Below, piece by piece: positions 42,501 to 51,429 of a stretch of 64,000 bases of DNA. The first letter of the stretch is position 1. Every line of letters begins with the position of its first letter. The DNA comes from an uncultured Candidatus Saccharibacteria bacterium (GTDB lineage: Bacteria; Patescibacteriota; Minisyncoccia; Phycocordibacterales; UBA1006): assembly GCA_964350165.1 (NCBI GenBank), contig CAYGJA010000001.1, positions 312,377 through 376,376 of the forward strand. The letters are read 5' to 3'. A program made the translations under genes and the position numbers. The notes beneath the pieces are model-generated. The model saw only the letters and a program-made list of their open reading frames with translations. It was not told the origin of the DNA and made no database searches.

Positions 42501-44706
42501 CCTTAAAAAACCAAACAAAGACAACGTTCTAGAAGCACTCCAGCAACAGCTAGAGAATAAGTCTTTTCAAGGAATGGACATAAAAGAAATTTTTAAATTG
42601 ATCGACAATGAAAACCTAATCCAAATCGCCATAGAAAAAGAACACGAATCATTATATGAAGACTATTTACAAGAATTTATTCCCAATAAAATCAAAACCA
42701 ATATCGGTGATCTGGAGACAGAATATCGTCCAGTAAGAAACTATGGTCAATCTGCGACTAGCTATGTTCCAGTATTAAAAAATTCATTATCACCCGCCGA
42801 AGCACTTATTTTTGAATTTCCCATCTTCCCAAACGGGCAAGTTCTTTCCGAAATATCATTAAAACCAGCCTCTAACCAAGATGACATAACCCTTAAATCA
42901 CCGCTTCAAGATTGGGCTGTCGATTTGATAGAAGAAGAGTATTCCAACACATTACTGCAATCAGCCGAGGAAGAACAAGATCCTCCCCCTCTTCCAGAAA
43001 CTGACACCAGGCCAGACTCTCTCGAAAGCTACAAACCACAAAGAGTACAAATAGGAATTCACCCAGTCAAAAACCAACCTATCCAAGCCTGCTGGATACT
43101 CGATTACAAAGAAGACAAACTTTTTTGGAAGATTTTACCTATAACAAAACATCAAACATACGAGAACCTAGAACAAGAACACAAAATCAACCTTGATCAC
43201 TACAAAAGACGAATTTACATAGAATTGAATGAATCTGTTAAAAACGAAGTAAAAATTATCCGACAGATGCTTGATTTCATGGCTGATGACGACTTTCCGG
43301 ATTTTAATCTCCAACGCTGGGGTTTTTCTTCCAGAAATGAAACTACAGATTTCATGCGCCTGATAAATCAAATAGAAATACATACCGAAAACAAAAGAGA
43401 CTATGATGCAGTGTCTTTGTTCCAGCAACAAAAAAGTTTAGTCGAAAAAACTTTTGATTATCGGAACAAATACGAAGAATTTTTAAAAAAACAATCTGAG
43501 GCCTGGGAAAAACTAGCGCAATCACCTGTTTTGCCGTTAGATACTTCATTAGATTTGCGTTATCTGATTACCAAAGGCGAAGAAATAATAATCAACAATG
43601 TGGCCGATCCAACCCTAAGAGAGAAGATCTTTCAACTATTAAACCAAACAGAAATACATGGTGAACAGCCTGTCACCTTGGCACAAATCAAAACCCAGGC
43701 TGGCGATATCGTTGGTGCGGTAACCGTGGAATACAAAAACTCGGAATACTACTCACATCTCAGTCTTGTTTTTAGGGGCATCGAATACTACAACAAAAAT
43801 AATCTCATGCCGCCGGCAACTTGGCTGCAGAACCTGAATTCAGACAATTTCGATCTTCAAATTGTCCTCAAAAATAAAGCAATCGCTGACAATTCTGATG
43901 ACAGCGATCTAAAAATAAATCCATTCCTGATCACCGACTTTGCTTCACCAAACAGTCTGCCAGACAATGATTACGCCTGGGAAGAAGGCGAACTAATAAT
44001 TGGCGACAAAACCACCGGAGAAACTTTACGCGATTTGTTTAATGCAAAAAAACAAGAAAAATTACCAAAAAAACAAGAACAACCAAAAACCGTTAATGGC
44101 AATCTAAAAGTGGAAATAAATCCAGCTGAACAAAAACTGTCCCCTCAACAAATCAAAGACGTTGAACGCGAAATAACTTTGTCTGCCGTCGCCAAATACC
44201 TCTCCAAACACTTGGCTCGAGAAAAAAATGAATTGGCAAACAGAATAAAAGAATGGAAAAACCTAACTGACCTAATGAGTGCCATAGAAACTTTTTGGGA
44301 AAAGTCAGAATCCGACTTGACGCTCGCTGATTATGACAAAATAAAAGGTGCAATTAACCGTAACTTTAGTCGAACAACCCGAGGGGCCTTAGATCACTTG
44401 GCAACTCATAAGAAAATGGCTGATAATAATCCAAAAATAAGATCTCTAATAGATACAGCCAAAGAGATCGCTGTTAATGTAGAACAAATACTAAAATCAC
44501 CCCCGGAAGACTTTACCGATTTATTCGACTCACAGCAATTAGCTGATTGGCAATCCTTGCTCCAAAAAAATCCAGCTCAGTACATAGACCTGGTCGAAGA
44601 AGCCATTAATAAAATCTACCAGGACAATCTGAACACTGATGACATAAAAACAGAGGTGCAAAACTTTTTATTTGAAAAAATTGACGCATCAAGTGCCAAT
44701 TTATAA
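39592..44706 (+). CDS. Very large DEAH/HrpA-like SF2 helicase with ~1000-aa unknown C-terminus
   Basis: APTGSGKT, QPT, TPG, DEVH, TSA, LVFLTG, STNATETGITIP, QRAGRAGR, HA2-like LPFSPRL. Confidence 0.9.
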   Translation: MFDGNKQKRERYPTGPLVRLGEKINNQDLVLKNQSPTILENWRLKQAPDGKLEPLILKAPTGSGKTMYAPRILLDTLEKNTKNKPILVLQPTVAAAINAQKGLAACLGAEHHAEEKVGIMTSRISNGQKCSVQISTPGVLYSILMKEGVAGLGRYAGFVIDEVHNKSEQYAFIIGALKVMQEQDRLPPTIFTSAEFDVEKFKTAFSSGSVEEIASRLHPIEQSFLDTEIEEPNNNEHEEYQTTKNNADLRKELENKKYLPHVFNKIVEFANEIPENENNGDILVFLTGKRELDEISIELQKVLDLNDFNIIQYYRDANESIKDDVENRKNVRAGQRRIILSTNATETGITIPQCGYVVDCGRRKHDVYNPQNQTDESHISLISLEEMIQRAGRAGRNFPGKAWVALPEWAANNAEIIDPYRKTDLAYINLAKLMLSTKKIGYDLENFPFMENPFNTDSINQAKQELYYVGATTSGGSLTAEGRTYAELPFSPRLSRLFLESTKSKTVPLAMAISALHGEENTYLKPPKELVEEGREQRDKNYAFEIVRQIIRDTLPGGFDLPKRSQLLSYLETEKEKNSLSPSSIASYITNGLEITLPPNVDLEEEISAISYDTYPAYAVSNIINLVQKLRQVKRSDALSQINLFASGLANGLADYERARNREHRKQPVGAHDQQKSKIFQQWCRDYGISPVGLSKMYKIVHNQRSSLKKWATSRSSGTPTQATDILHQAGKGITQEQVNKFLLLISDPETRDKTYEEITKLMITCFPDHVVRLEKINPKKSYPYIKAVPVHTGMQKSLHLKVSRSSDYKNSDGCYCTYLQRHKPAETAGVSSTYVQGLHEISPDEIWEHMPDHLKTITSKIDLTYEETEQKLIFIDSYKIDSTTIKNEQREAESGKKFFQTLKACLEKDWDFNNSNERTSVENGQELNLSALINRARQDFKQNLNKVEQRYLLVHQMVKGSSGEFLLEDLKKPNKDNVLEALQQQLENKSFQGMDIKEIFKLIDNENLIQIAIEKEHESLYEDYLQEFIPNKIKTNIGDLETEYRPVRNYGQSATSYVPVLKNSLSPAEALIFEFPIFPNGQVLSEISLKPASNQDDITLKSPLQDWAVDLIEEEYSNTLLQSAEEEQDPPPLPETDTRPDSLESYKPQRVQIGIHPVKNQPIQACWILDYKEDKLFWKILPITKHQTYENLEQEHKINLDHYKRRIYIELNESVKNEVKIIRQMLDFMADDDFPDFNLQRWGFSSRNETTDFMRLINQIEIHTENKRDYDAVSLFQQQKSLVEKTFDYRNKYEEFLKKQSEAWEKLAQSPVLPLDTSLDLRYLITKGEEIIINNVADPTLREKIFQLLNQTEIHGEQPVTLAQIKTQAGDIVGAVTVEYKNSEYYSHLSLVFRGIEYYNKNNLMPPATWLQNLNSDNFDLQIVLKNKAIADNSDDSDLKINPFLITDFASPNSLPDNDYAWEEGELIIGDKTTGETLRDLFNAKKQEKLPKKQEQPKTVNGNLKVEINPAEQKLSPQQIKDVEREITLSAVAKYLSKHLAREKNELANRIKEWKNLTDLMSAIETFWEKSESDLTLADYDKIKGAINRNFSRTTRGALDHLATHKKMADNNPKIRSLIDTAKEIAVNVEQILKSPPEDFTDLFDSQQLADWQSLLQKNPAQYIDLVEEAINKIYQDNLNTDDIKTEVQNFLFEKIDASSANL

Positions 44707-44719
44707 AAATTTCCCAGTG

Positions 44720-44756
44720 AAACACCCCTCATTGCCTTGGCAATGAGGGGTGTTTG
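44720..44756. terminator. Palindromic terminator between convergent genes
   Basis: aaacacccctcattgcc-tt-ggcaatgaggggtgttt, 17-bp arms. Confidence 0.75.
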
Positions 44757-44845
44757 GTTTACCTGATTTTAGCTGAAAAGCAGGTAAGTTAACTCGTATC
44801 CAAGTACAAAAATATTAGCCGAAAGATTTGCCCTTTCAGTACAAA

Positions 44846-45448
44846 TTATCTGTGTTTAATTTGTTTATCTTCGTGCTGAATGTCAGAAATAATTTTCCTT
44901 ACCTCCTTTTCTGATATGCTGTAGCCATTTTTATTTACAAACTTTAGCATGCGTTGGTAACTATGCGTTGGGAACGGAGAACCTAGGTACGTTAAGCGCC
45001 TTCTTTGCACATCTCTAAGAAAATACTCATCATGCCAAAGTCTGTTTTCGGTAAAAAATGCTTTGGTTATAGTAAAGTCAAACAGTGAGTTACGTAAATC
45101 ATTGAAACTACCAATATGCTTATGGTGAACTAGGTCAATAGATAATAGACCCCCTTTCTTGAGAGCAATATTGTAAAAATCCTCATTCAAATTTTCCTCA
45201 GCAATTAACCATCCAGACCTGGTGAGTCGTTCAACAGAGCTTGTAAATTTAGCTCGATCGAGAAACCAAACATCAATATCTCTCGGTGTAGATTTTTCAA
45301 AAAAAGACCTGATAAAACCCCCGGCAACAATAGCGGACCCTTGGGTAATGTGCTCAAACAGGAGCGCAGGAACACTTTCTTTAATACTATTATCAAGTAA
45401 TGTTGTCTCTTTAACTAGAGGATCCATCTTTTTTTTCCAACTCCTCAA
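44846..45448 (-). CDS. Minimal CCA/poly(A)-polymerase-like nucleotidyltransferase
   Basis: AGGFIRS...PRDIDVW and FDFT motifs of the class II NTase head domain; no tail domains. Confidence 0.75.
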   Translation of the reverse strand: MRSWKKKMDPLVKETTLLDNSIKESVPALLFEHITQGSAIVAGGFIRSFFEKSTPRDIDVWFLDRAKFTSSVERLTRSGWLIAEENLNEDFYNIALKKGGLLSIDLVHHKHIGSFNDLRNSLFDFTITKAFFTENRLWHDEYFLRDVQRRRLTYLGSPFPTHSYQRMLKFVNKNGYSISEKEVRKIISDIQHEDKQIKHR

Positions 45449-46883
45449 GCAGCTTTAAGCCTTGTTTATGATAACTGTTGTACCTTATGAATGCACTAGG
45501 ATTTTCTTGAGGGAGGAAGAAAATATCAATCTCTCGAGTTTGCGGATCAATTTCACCATAAATTTTATGTTCATGGCTTCTCGTTGGCCCCCTTCTTACT
45601 TCAGTACGGGCTACTTGTCGCTTGTGATAGACACTTTTGAGAAACCTAATGTCCATCTCTTTTGACTCCAATAATGTCCAAGTAAAATGGTGCTCACTGT
45701 TTTTGTGATATGAACTCTCACCAGGGAACTCCTCAATCAAATTTGGAACCGACTCTGTATTGACCTCGATAACATCAAGCAGCTTTCCCAAATAGTTTAA
45801 TTTGTCTGTATCTTTATGATCACCACCTGACTTGAATTTAAGATGTCCATATTTCAAGAATTTGAGTAGTTCCGGATTTTTAGAAATGGCACCAACTAGC
45901 TTTTCACCCTCCTTTGCTTCTAGCTCATTAAACGACTTGATTACAGAAGGTTGAATGATTTCAAACTTTTCAGTACTACTAGTATTCACTTCTATAAAAC
46001 TCGGGTCTTGGCTAGAGAACAATTCTAGTAATTTACTTTTATCAATCGAGTGCTCTTGTAGCGCCATTGCCAAAAATTCATCTCGAGTAGTTTCACTGAA
46101 GTAAACCACCGGCTGGCGCTCATAATCAATCTCATTGAGAAAGATTGTCATACCCTCTTTAATCTTGCTTACAACTGGCTCGTTCTCCAATTTTTCAATT
46201 GTATCCAGATTCAAGTTCTCGACAACAACCTTCAGAGGAAAGTTTGTTGTTTTGCGAAACACCTTATCACCATAAGTAAAGTAATCATTCATAATCCTAA
46301 TGCCCGTGTCACCCCCCTCGTCTTGCGGGTTTTCTATTTCGCGGACTAAATGTATCCCTTCTTTTTCTACAAATTCTCTAATCGTTTCAGGATGAGCCGA
46401 TAAATACTTTTTTTGTTCTTCACCTAGCCACCCAAAAGAACCACTAGAATCTAGAGTTTGTATAATATCCTTCTCCATTTGTGCTTGATACTCTTCTGTG
46501 AATGCTTGGTTTTCTTCCTCTTCCCATTTTTCGCTCATGGAAAGCAGTTCAATGATCTCTTTTTCATGTAGCTCCATCTCTTGTAGGCTTTTTTCCTTCT
46601 CATCATCGGAAACCCGCTTGAGAAGTTGAGTGTATTCATTCAAGGTCACATGCGCTTGATCAAGCTGGACTCTAAGCTTTTCGTTAAGTTGTCTCCTATA
46701 TAGGTCTGATTCGAGTGGGTTGCTTGATGCCAAACCACCTCCCGCCTCTTCCTTGGCAAGAAATTCTGCTTTCACTGTATCTGGCTGATATTTATTTAAA
46801 ACTTCATCTGTTTCTACTTTCGCCTCTTGAGCAAGAACATCTAGATTTTGTTGCGCACCGCTCTCTCTTTTTTCCATGTCCAC
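45411..46883 (-). CDS. Hypothetical acidic coiled-coil protein
   Basis: 490-aa ORF overlapping the NTase start. Confidence 0.65.
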   Translation of the reverse strand: MDMEKRESGAQQNLDVLAQEAKVETDEVLNKYQPDTVKAEFLAKEEAGGGLASSNPLESDLYRRQLNEKLRVQLDQAHVTLNEYTQLLKRVSDDEKEKSLQEMELHEKEIIELLSMSEKWEEEENQAFTEEYQAQMEKDIIQTLDSSGSFGWLGEEQKKYLSAHPETIREFVEKEGIHLVREIENPQDEGGDTGIRIMNDYFTYGDKVFRKTTNFPLKVVVENLNLDTIEKLENEPVVSKIKEGMTIFLNEIDYERQPVVYFSETTRDEFLAMALQEHSIDKSKLLELFSSQDPSFIEVNTSSTEKFEIIQPSVIKSFNELEAKEGEKLVGAISKNPELLKFLKYGHLKFKSGGDHKDTDKLNYLGKLLDVIEVNTESVPNLIEEFPGESSYHKNSEHHFTWTLLESKEMDIRFLKSVYHKRQVARTEVRRGPTRSHEHKIYGEIDPQTREIDIFFLPQENPSAFIRYNSYHKQGLKLLEELEKKDGSSS

Positions 46884-47071
46884 CTAAGATTAACTAGTAA
46901 CTTGACATTAATGTTTTGATATTTTAATCATCTTAATAAATGTAAGTATACATCTCTGGACTCCAATAGGAAGTACGTTGGAGGGTAACCGCCCTGCTAT
47001 TCACTATATTTTCTTCAAAAAACGAATTGGTATTCATTTTCTCAAGAAAAGAGATTTGTATGGCACAAATC

Positions 47072-47704
47072 TCATAAAGCCATTTTAGTAAGGTACATCT
47101 CTTCATATGCTTCCGCATATTGAATAGCTGGGTATACCAGCATTCCGCGGTAGCAGTTGAGACCAATTGTCTTGGACACATAATCGACTTGTTCGATTTG
47201 TGATTTGTGAAAACCAATCAATCTCTTTTTCTCTTCTACTACATCAGTCAGGTCAATGTAGTGTGTAGGGCTCGCGATAGCTGACCACACCTCATACGCA
47301 ATGATTCTTGCTCTAGGTTGCAACCTCTGCAAATATTCATATACACAAGAGTGATCAGAATGGTTGTCGTTCTTGTGAGGGCAAACGATAACGTTATAGC
47401 TATCAGTATCAATTTTGGCAAAGGTTGCAAAGTTTTCACTTAGCTTACCGTCTTCAATACCAAGGAATTGAAAATTGTTTACTCCCACATAACTCATGGC
47501 CTTAGCCATTTCAGCATTGCGTATTGCAATTACTTCTTCATTGTTTTGCCCTGGGGGACCCCCATGACGTCCGTCTGTAAGGACGACAACATCGCATTGA
47601 CTGGCATACTTCAACAGTATTCCACCACAACCAATCGACTCATCATCCGGGTGAGGAGCCAAGACCAGTATTCGGTCTGACTCCTTGAATTTTAGTTCTT
47701 TCAT
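47072..47704 (-). CDS. PIG-L/LmbE family deacetylase
   Basis: APHPDDESIGCGG, R..E, HSDH, HKSQ; start moved to MKELKF. Confidence 0.93.
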   Translation of the reverse strand: MKELKFKESDRILVLAPHPDDESIGCGGILLKYASQCDVVVLTDGRHGGPPGQNNEEVIAIRNAEMAKAMSYVGVNNFQFLGIEDGKLSENFATFAKIDTDSYNVIVCPHKNDNHSDHSCVYEYLQRLQPRARIIAYEVWSAIASPTHYIDLTDVVEEKKRLIGFHKSQIEQVDYVSKTIGLNCYRGMLVYPAIQYAEAYEEMYLTKMAL

Positions 47705-47715
47705 TATTTCTGTGT

Positions 47716-48612
47716 TTAGGCGGCAAGCATTACTGCTGCAACCATAGTGAAAAAGTTTCTGTAGTTCCGGGGCTGTTTTTTCTCCTCCCGATTCCAAACC
47801 CTTACTTCATTAGCACCGGTATAGTGCATAATGATAGGATTCTCGATGGCGTATTCCAACTCTTTATCAGAAAATACGCGAGCCAGGAACGGGTACAGGT
47901 TCGTTTCGTGGTAGTCACTGGCAACAGCCAAATCTTCCAAGACGCAATATTCGAACGGGATAGCTTTGATTGTGCCTTGGCAAGCCAAGTTCAAAACTTC
48001 CAGGTCGAACATTTTGAGCTTATCCTCGAATCGTTTGATCGTATGGATAAACTTTTCAGTCATCCGATCTTCGCGCATCTTTTTGGCGTTGATCACCATA
48101 AATCCAGAGGCGTAGATCAATTCGTTCTGATTTTCGTCAAACTTGGTGTGTCCCGTCATATGGTTGGGATCACCAGGATTACCAATTTGAGTGGCTAAAG
48201 TTTCTTTGCTCGGCTCTTCATTCCTTTCAAGGGGAACTCCAGCCCAGTAACAGTCTTCCAGATCCATTTCGAAGACTTCTGCGAGGTCGCCTTCGAACAG
48301 AACATCCACATCGCTGTAAATGATCCGATCGTACTGAGGCAGGATGTCATGAATCGCCAGGCGATAATAAACATCTACCGGATACTCAGAGGTCGCAGGA
48401 ACATCGGCAAAGAGACTTTCGTCAAGCTTTACCCAGTTGATTTTGGCGACACGATCAAGGGTTTTTCGACTTTGCTCTGACAAGTTGTTATACAGAACGT
48501 AAATCTCATACCAGGTGTCAGGGTTGCCCTTGTGGACCAAGGACTTGATGGCAACGGCAGCCGGCAAGGCGTAGTTGTCATCAAATGTAAAAACGATAGG
48601 TATCTTTTTCAT
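47716..48612 (-). CDS. Glycosyltransferase family 8
   Basis: DDNY, YYRL, IIYSDVD, SGFMVIN, IMHYTG. Confidence 0.92.
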   Translation of the reverse strand: MKKIPIVFTFDDNYALPAAVAIKSLVHKGNPDTWYEIYVLYNNLSEQSRKTLDRVAKINWVKLDESLFADVPATSEYPVDVYYRLAIHDILPQYDRIIYSDVDVLFEGDLAEVFEMDLEDCYWAGVPLERNEEPSKETLATQIGNPGDPNHMTGHTKFDENQNELIYASGFMVINAKKMREDRMTEKFIHTIKRFEDKLKMFDLEVLNLACQGTIKAIPFEYCVLEDLAVASDYHETNLYPFLARVFSDKELEYAIENPIIMHYTGANEVRVWNREEKKQPRNYRNFFTMVAAVMLAA

Positions 48613-49436
48613 TACTTAAGTTTTTGTTGTTTTTGAAGAAAAAGTTGTGCATTTTTTACAATTTGATCGAATCCGTTCGTAATAAAGTTGGATAGATCAA
48701 AACTTCCTACGTAGCCCATGGGAATATCAAAATTTCCATCCCCAATGGCTGTATCGTCATACATTTCGTCCTGAAGGCCTGATTTGTAGACCTCCCAACA
48801 TTTGTATGGCAGGTTCTCGGCTATTACGTCAGACCATTTCGTAAGGACAATTAGCTCCAGCAGAATCAGCGGTAGGTCACTCTGGGCAACAATTACCAAT
48901 AACTCTTCTGGATGAGCAAATTGACCATTGATCAGATCACTAATCAGCGAATACTTCTGAATCAATGACCAGCCCATGCTAGCGCCAGGTCGTGAAAAGG
49001 CAGTTCCTAAGATTGGATACTTTCCATCCATGTGATCACCAAAACGATAGAAAATGTTTTGATGCACATATGCCTCATCACAGATTGCATCCCAGGCGGT
49101 GTCGAGTGGATCAAACCAATCACCATCCTGATAAGTCTCGGGAAGGATTAAATCCCCCTGATCCATTACCTCCAGGCGATTATCGTGTTGAAATACAACA
49201 TTGATACCTTTCTCTTGGAATATGGCTACCAACAGCCCAGCAGTATCCTTGATCCGTCTGGTTTTCTCGGTGTAGAGAATACGAATTGTATTCTTTCCAG
49301 ATGCCCCCAGTTTGGACAGTACCTTGTCCGCCGTGGTCATCAGTAACTTATCCTGACCAGGAACCAATGGTCCGTCTTGACCATAGGTTTTAAGAACGTT
49401 CTGGTCACTCAGGTGTCGAACGGTTAAGAATCTCAT
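48612..49436 (-). CDS. Histidine-phosphatase-like protein
   Basis: N-terminal FLTVRH, RRIKDTA, DNRLEVMDQG, late LLVIVAQ; start moved to MRFLTVRH. Confidence 0.55.
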   Translation of the reverse strand: MRFLTVRHLSDQNVLKTYGQDGPLVPGQDKLLMTTADKVLSKLGASGKNTIRILYTEKTRRIKDTAGLLVAIFQEKGINVVFQHDNRLEVMDQGDLILPETYQDGDWFDPLDTAWDAICDEAYVHQNIFYRFGDHMDGKYPILGTAFSRPGASMGWSLIQKYSLISDLINGQFAHPEELLVIVAQSDLPLILLELIVLTKWSDVIAENLPYKCWEVYKSGLQDEMYDDTAIGDGNFDIPMGYVGSFDLSNFITNGFDQIVKNAQLFLQKQQKLK

Positions 49437-49626
49437 CTGTATTTGATTTTGTTTACAAAGTTCAGCTCCAAAGAAAACACTCCAGTGTGAAATGTTCTCT
49501 ACAAGAGAGGCGAAGGAATTGATCCTTCGCCTGCACTGTTTTTTGTTTCTTTTCATGGTCTATTCGCCGAGGCGAACTCCATATATGTTTTGCGTCCGGG
49601 CAAAGAAAAACCGGTGGACGTGATCA

Positions 49627-50448
49627 TTACTTAATCAGTTCTGACTTGATAAAGTCGAGAACTTCTTTCTGGTTGGGGTAGCCAACCCAGAAGGCTGACT
49701 CATTGGGCTTTCCGAGCCCCGCTCCACCGTTCCCTCCTTCGAACTTTTTCTTCAACGTTGCACAGAGTGCTCCGTTTCCGAAAAAGTTTACCTCTCCATC
49801 AGCCGAAAGAATCAGGAGGTTTTCATAGCTACCGTATAAACGGTCAGCCACGGTGGCGGATTTGGAGTGAGCCATCTTTACGATGGTCAGCCTAGCCTCG
49901 GTGACCGCTTCGGCGATGGCCCGCTCAGCCTCAACCTCATGCGCTGGAGTGATTCCTTGCGCCTGGCGATCGGCCTTGCGGACCGCTGCAATCTCCTGCG
50001 GCGACGCAAAAAGCGCCTCCATGGCGGGGATATACCCCGTGTCATTTGCAGCACTCAGCTCTACCATGCGGCGCATGGCTTCGCTGATTACCACATCAGA
50101 TGCGTAGTCTCGTAGGACTTGCATCACCGATGCCGCTTCCCAACTGTCACCTGCGTGATGATCCACGATGGAGATGTTTACCCGAAGCTGTTGGGATTGC
50201 TCCCAGGCTCCCGTCGCAGGAAAGCACTCTACAAAAACCACCTCCTCTATGGGAGTGCCGTTGTAGTAGTACTTCGAGAAGCCACTGACGACTTCTCTTA
50301 CCTCTAACTTCACATCAGCGGGGGCATAAAGGTGATTCCCCCAGTCGGTTTTTGGCTGGATAGTGAACTTCCCAGCCATGTTGAGGAGAGTTTTGATGAG
50401 GGTCATTTCCCCATCGTTTCCCCCAAGAACAAATAATTGCTTTTTCAT
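49627..50448 (-). CDS. DHH-family phosphodiesterase, NrN-like
   Basis: LFVLGGNDGEM, IVDHH, AANDTGYIPAM, IAAVRKADRQAQG; pattern recalled from CRISPR-linked NrN proteins. Confidence 0.65.
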   Translation of the reverse strand: MKKQLFVLGGNDGEMTLIKTLLNMAGKFTIQPKTDWGNHLYAPADVKLEVREVVSGFSKYYYNGTPIEEVVFVECFPATGAWEQSQQLRVNISIVDHHAGDSWEAASVMQVLRDYASDVVISEAMRRMVELSAANDTGYIPAMEALFASPQEIAAVRKADRQAQGITPAHEVEAERAIAEAVTEARLTIVKMAHSKSATVADRLYGSYENLLILSADGEVNFFGNGALCATLKKKFEGGNGGAGLGKPNESAFWVGYPNQKEVLDFIKSELIK

Positions 50449-50484
50449 TTCATTTCGTTTTTCAAAGTTTTTTATCTGCCTGCA

Positions 50485-50513
50485 TTATGCCACTTATTTG
50501 ACATATTGTCCAT
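50485..50513 (-). promoter_or_regulatory. Putative sigma70 promoter for the DHH/GT8 operon
   Basis: TGGACA-17 nt-CATAAT with extended TG on the minus strand; imperfect palindrome tactgtgatttacagta immediately upstream. Confidence 0.5.
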
Positions 50514-50610
50514 ACTGTGATTTACAGTACTAATTACACAAACGTGCTATTTTACAACACTTTTCCACAGTTTACTTGATTTTGTTAACCTAATATGTTA
50601 CATTTTTTAC

Positions 50611-51429
50611 ATGAAAAACGACAAAAACAGCAAAAAAACTACCAATCTCGCACCCAAAACCCTCGCTTGGCGGTTCCTGGACACCCTTTTGGACCTTGGT
50701 TTGGGTATCAGCGAAGCAAAAATCTATGAATTATTACTGGAAAAAGGCCCCATGAAAGCCAGCAGCATTGCCAAATACCTAGAACTGTCCCGCGTTATTA
50801 CCTATCGCCATCTGGGCGAGCTCGAAAAACAAGGTGTTGTAACCCGCAACGACCCCGACGGCGCCGTCAGCCTGTTTACTCCCGCTCATCCAGCCGAGCT
50901 AGCCCGGATTCTGGAACAAAAAAAAGCCCGTATTAGCCGGGCCGAACTGGAATTACAGCATCAATTGGGATCGATGGCGTCGCTCTATAACCTGGCCGGA
51001 GGCAAACCAAACGTGCGGTTTTTTGAAGGGAAAGAAGCCATCAGAGAAATCACAAGCGACTACCCTGTTCATGAAACCGAGATTCGTCAGTGGATGGACC
51101 TCGGCGCCACTCTTCCCCACATGGGAAAAGAAGTGATTTCGTATCTCAAAATCCGTATTAAAAAAGACATCACCAAACGAATGTTGGTGCCAGATAATCC
51201 CCAAAGTATTAGTTATGCAACAACCGGTTCACCAAAAACAGAATTTCGTATCACCAATACCACTAATCTTCCAACAGCCATCCAGGTATACGACAATACT
51301 GTCGCCATCCTTACCGTAACCGAGACCAGCGCGGTTGGCGTGATAATCCAGGACCCGGCGATTGCCACCACCATGAAAGCTATCTTTGATACCGCTTGGC
51401 TGGCGGCTACTCCGGCTCCGTCCAAGTAA
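50611..51429 (+). CDS. TrmB-family transcriptional regulator
   Basis: LGLGISEAKIYELLL wHTH, KPNVRFFEGKE linker, IQVYDNTV...FDTAW effector domain. Confidence 0.88.
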   Translation: MKNDKNSKKTTNLAPKTLAWRFLDTLLDLGLGISEAKIYELLLEKGPMKASSIAKYLELSRVITYRHLGELEKQGVVTRNDPDGAVSLFTPAHPAELARILEQKKARISRAELELQHQLGSMASLYNLAGGKPNVRFFEGKEAIREITSDYPVHETEIRQWMDLGATLPHMGKEVISYLKIRIKKDITKRMLVPDNPQSISYATTGSPKTEFRITNTTNLPTAIQVYDNTVAILTVTETSAVGVIIQDPAIATTMKAIFDTAWLAATPAPSK

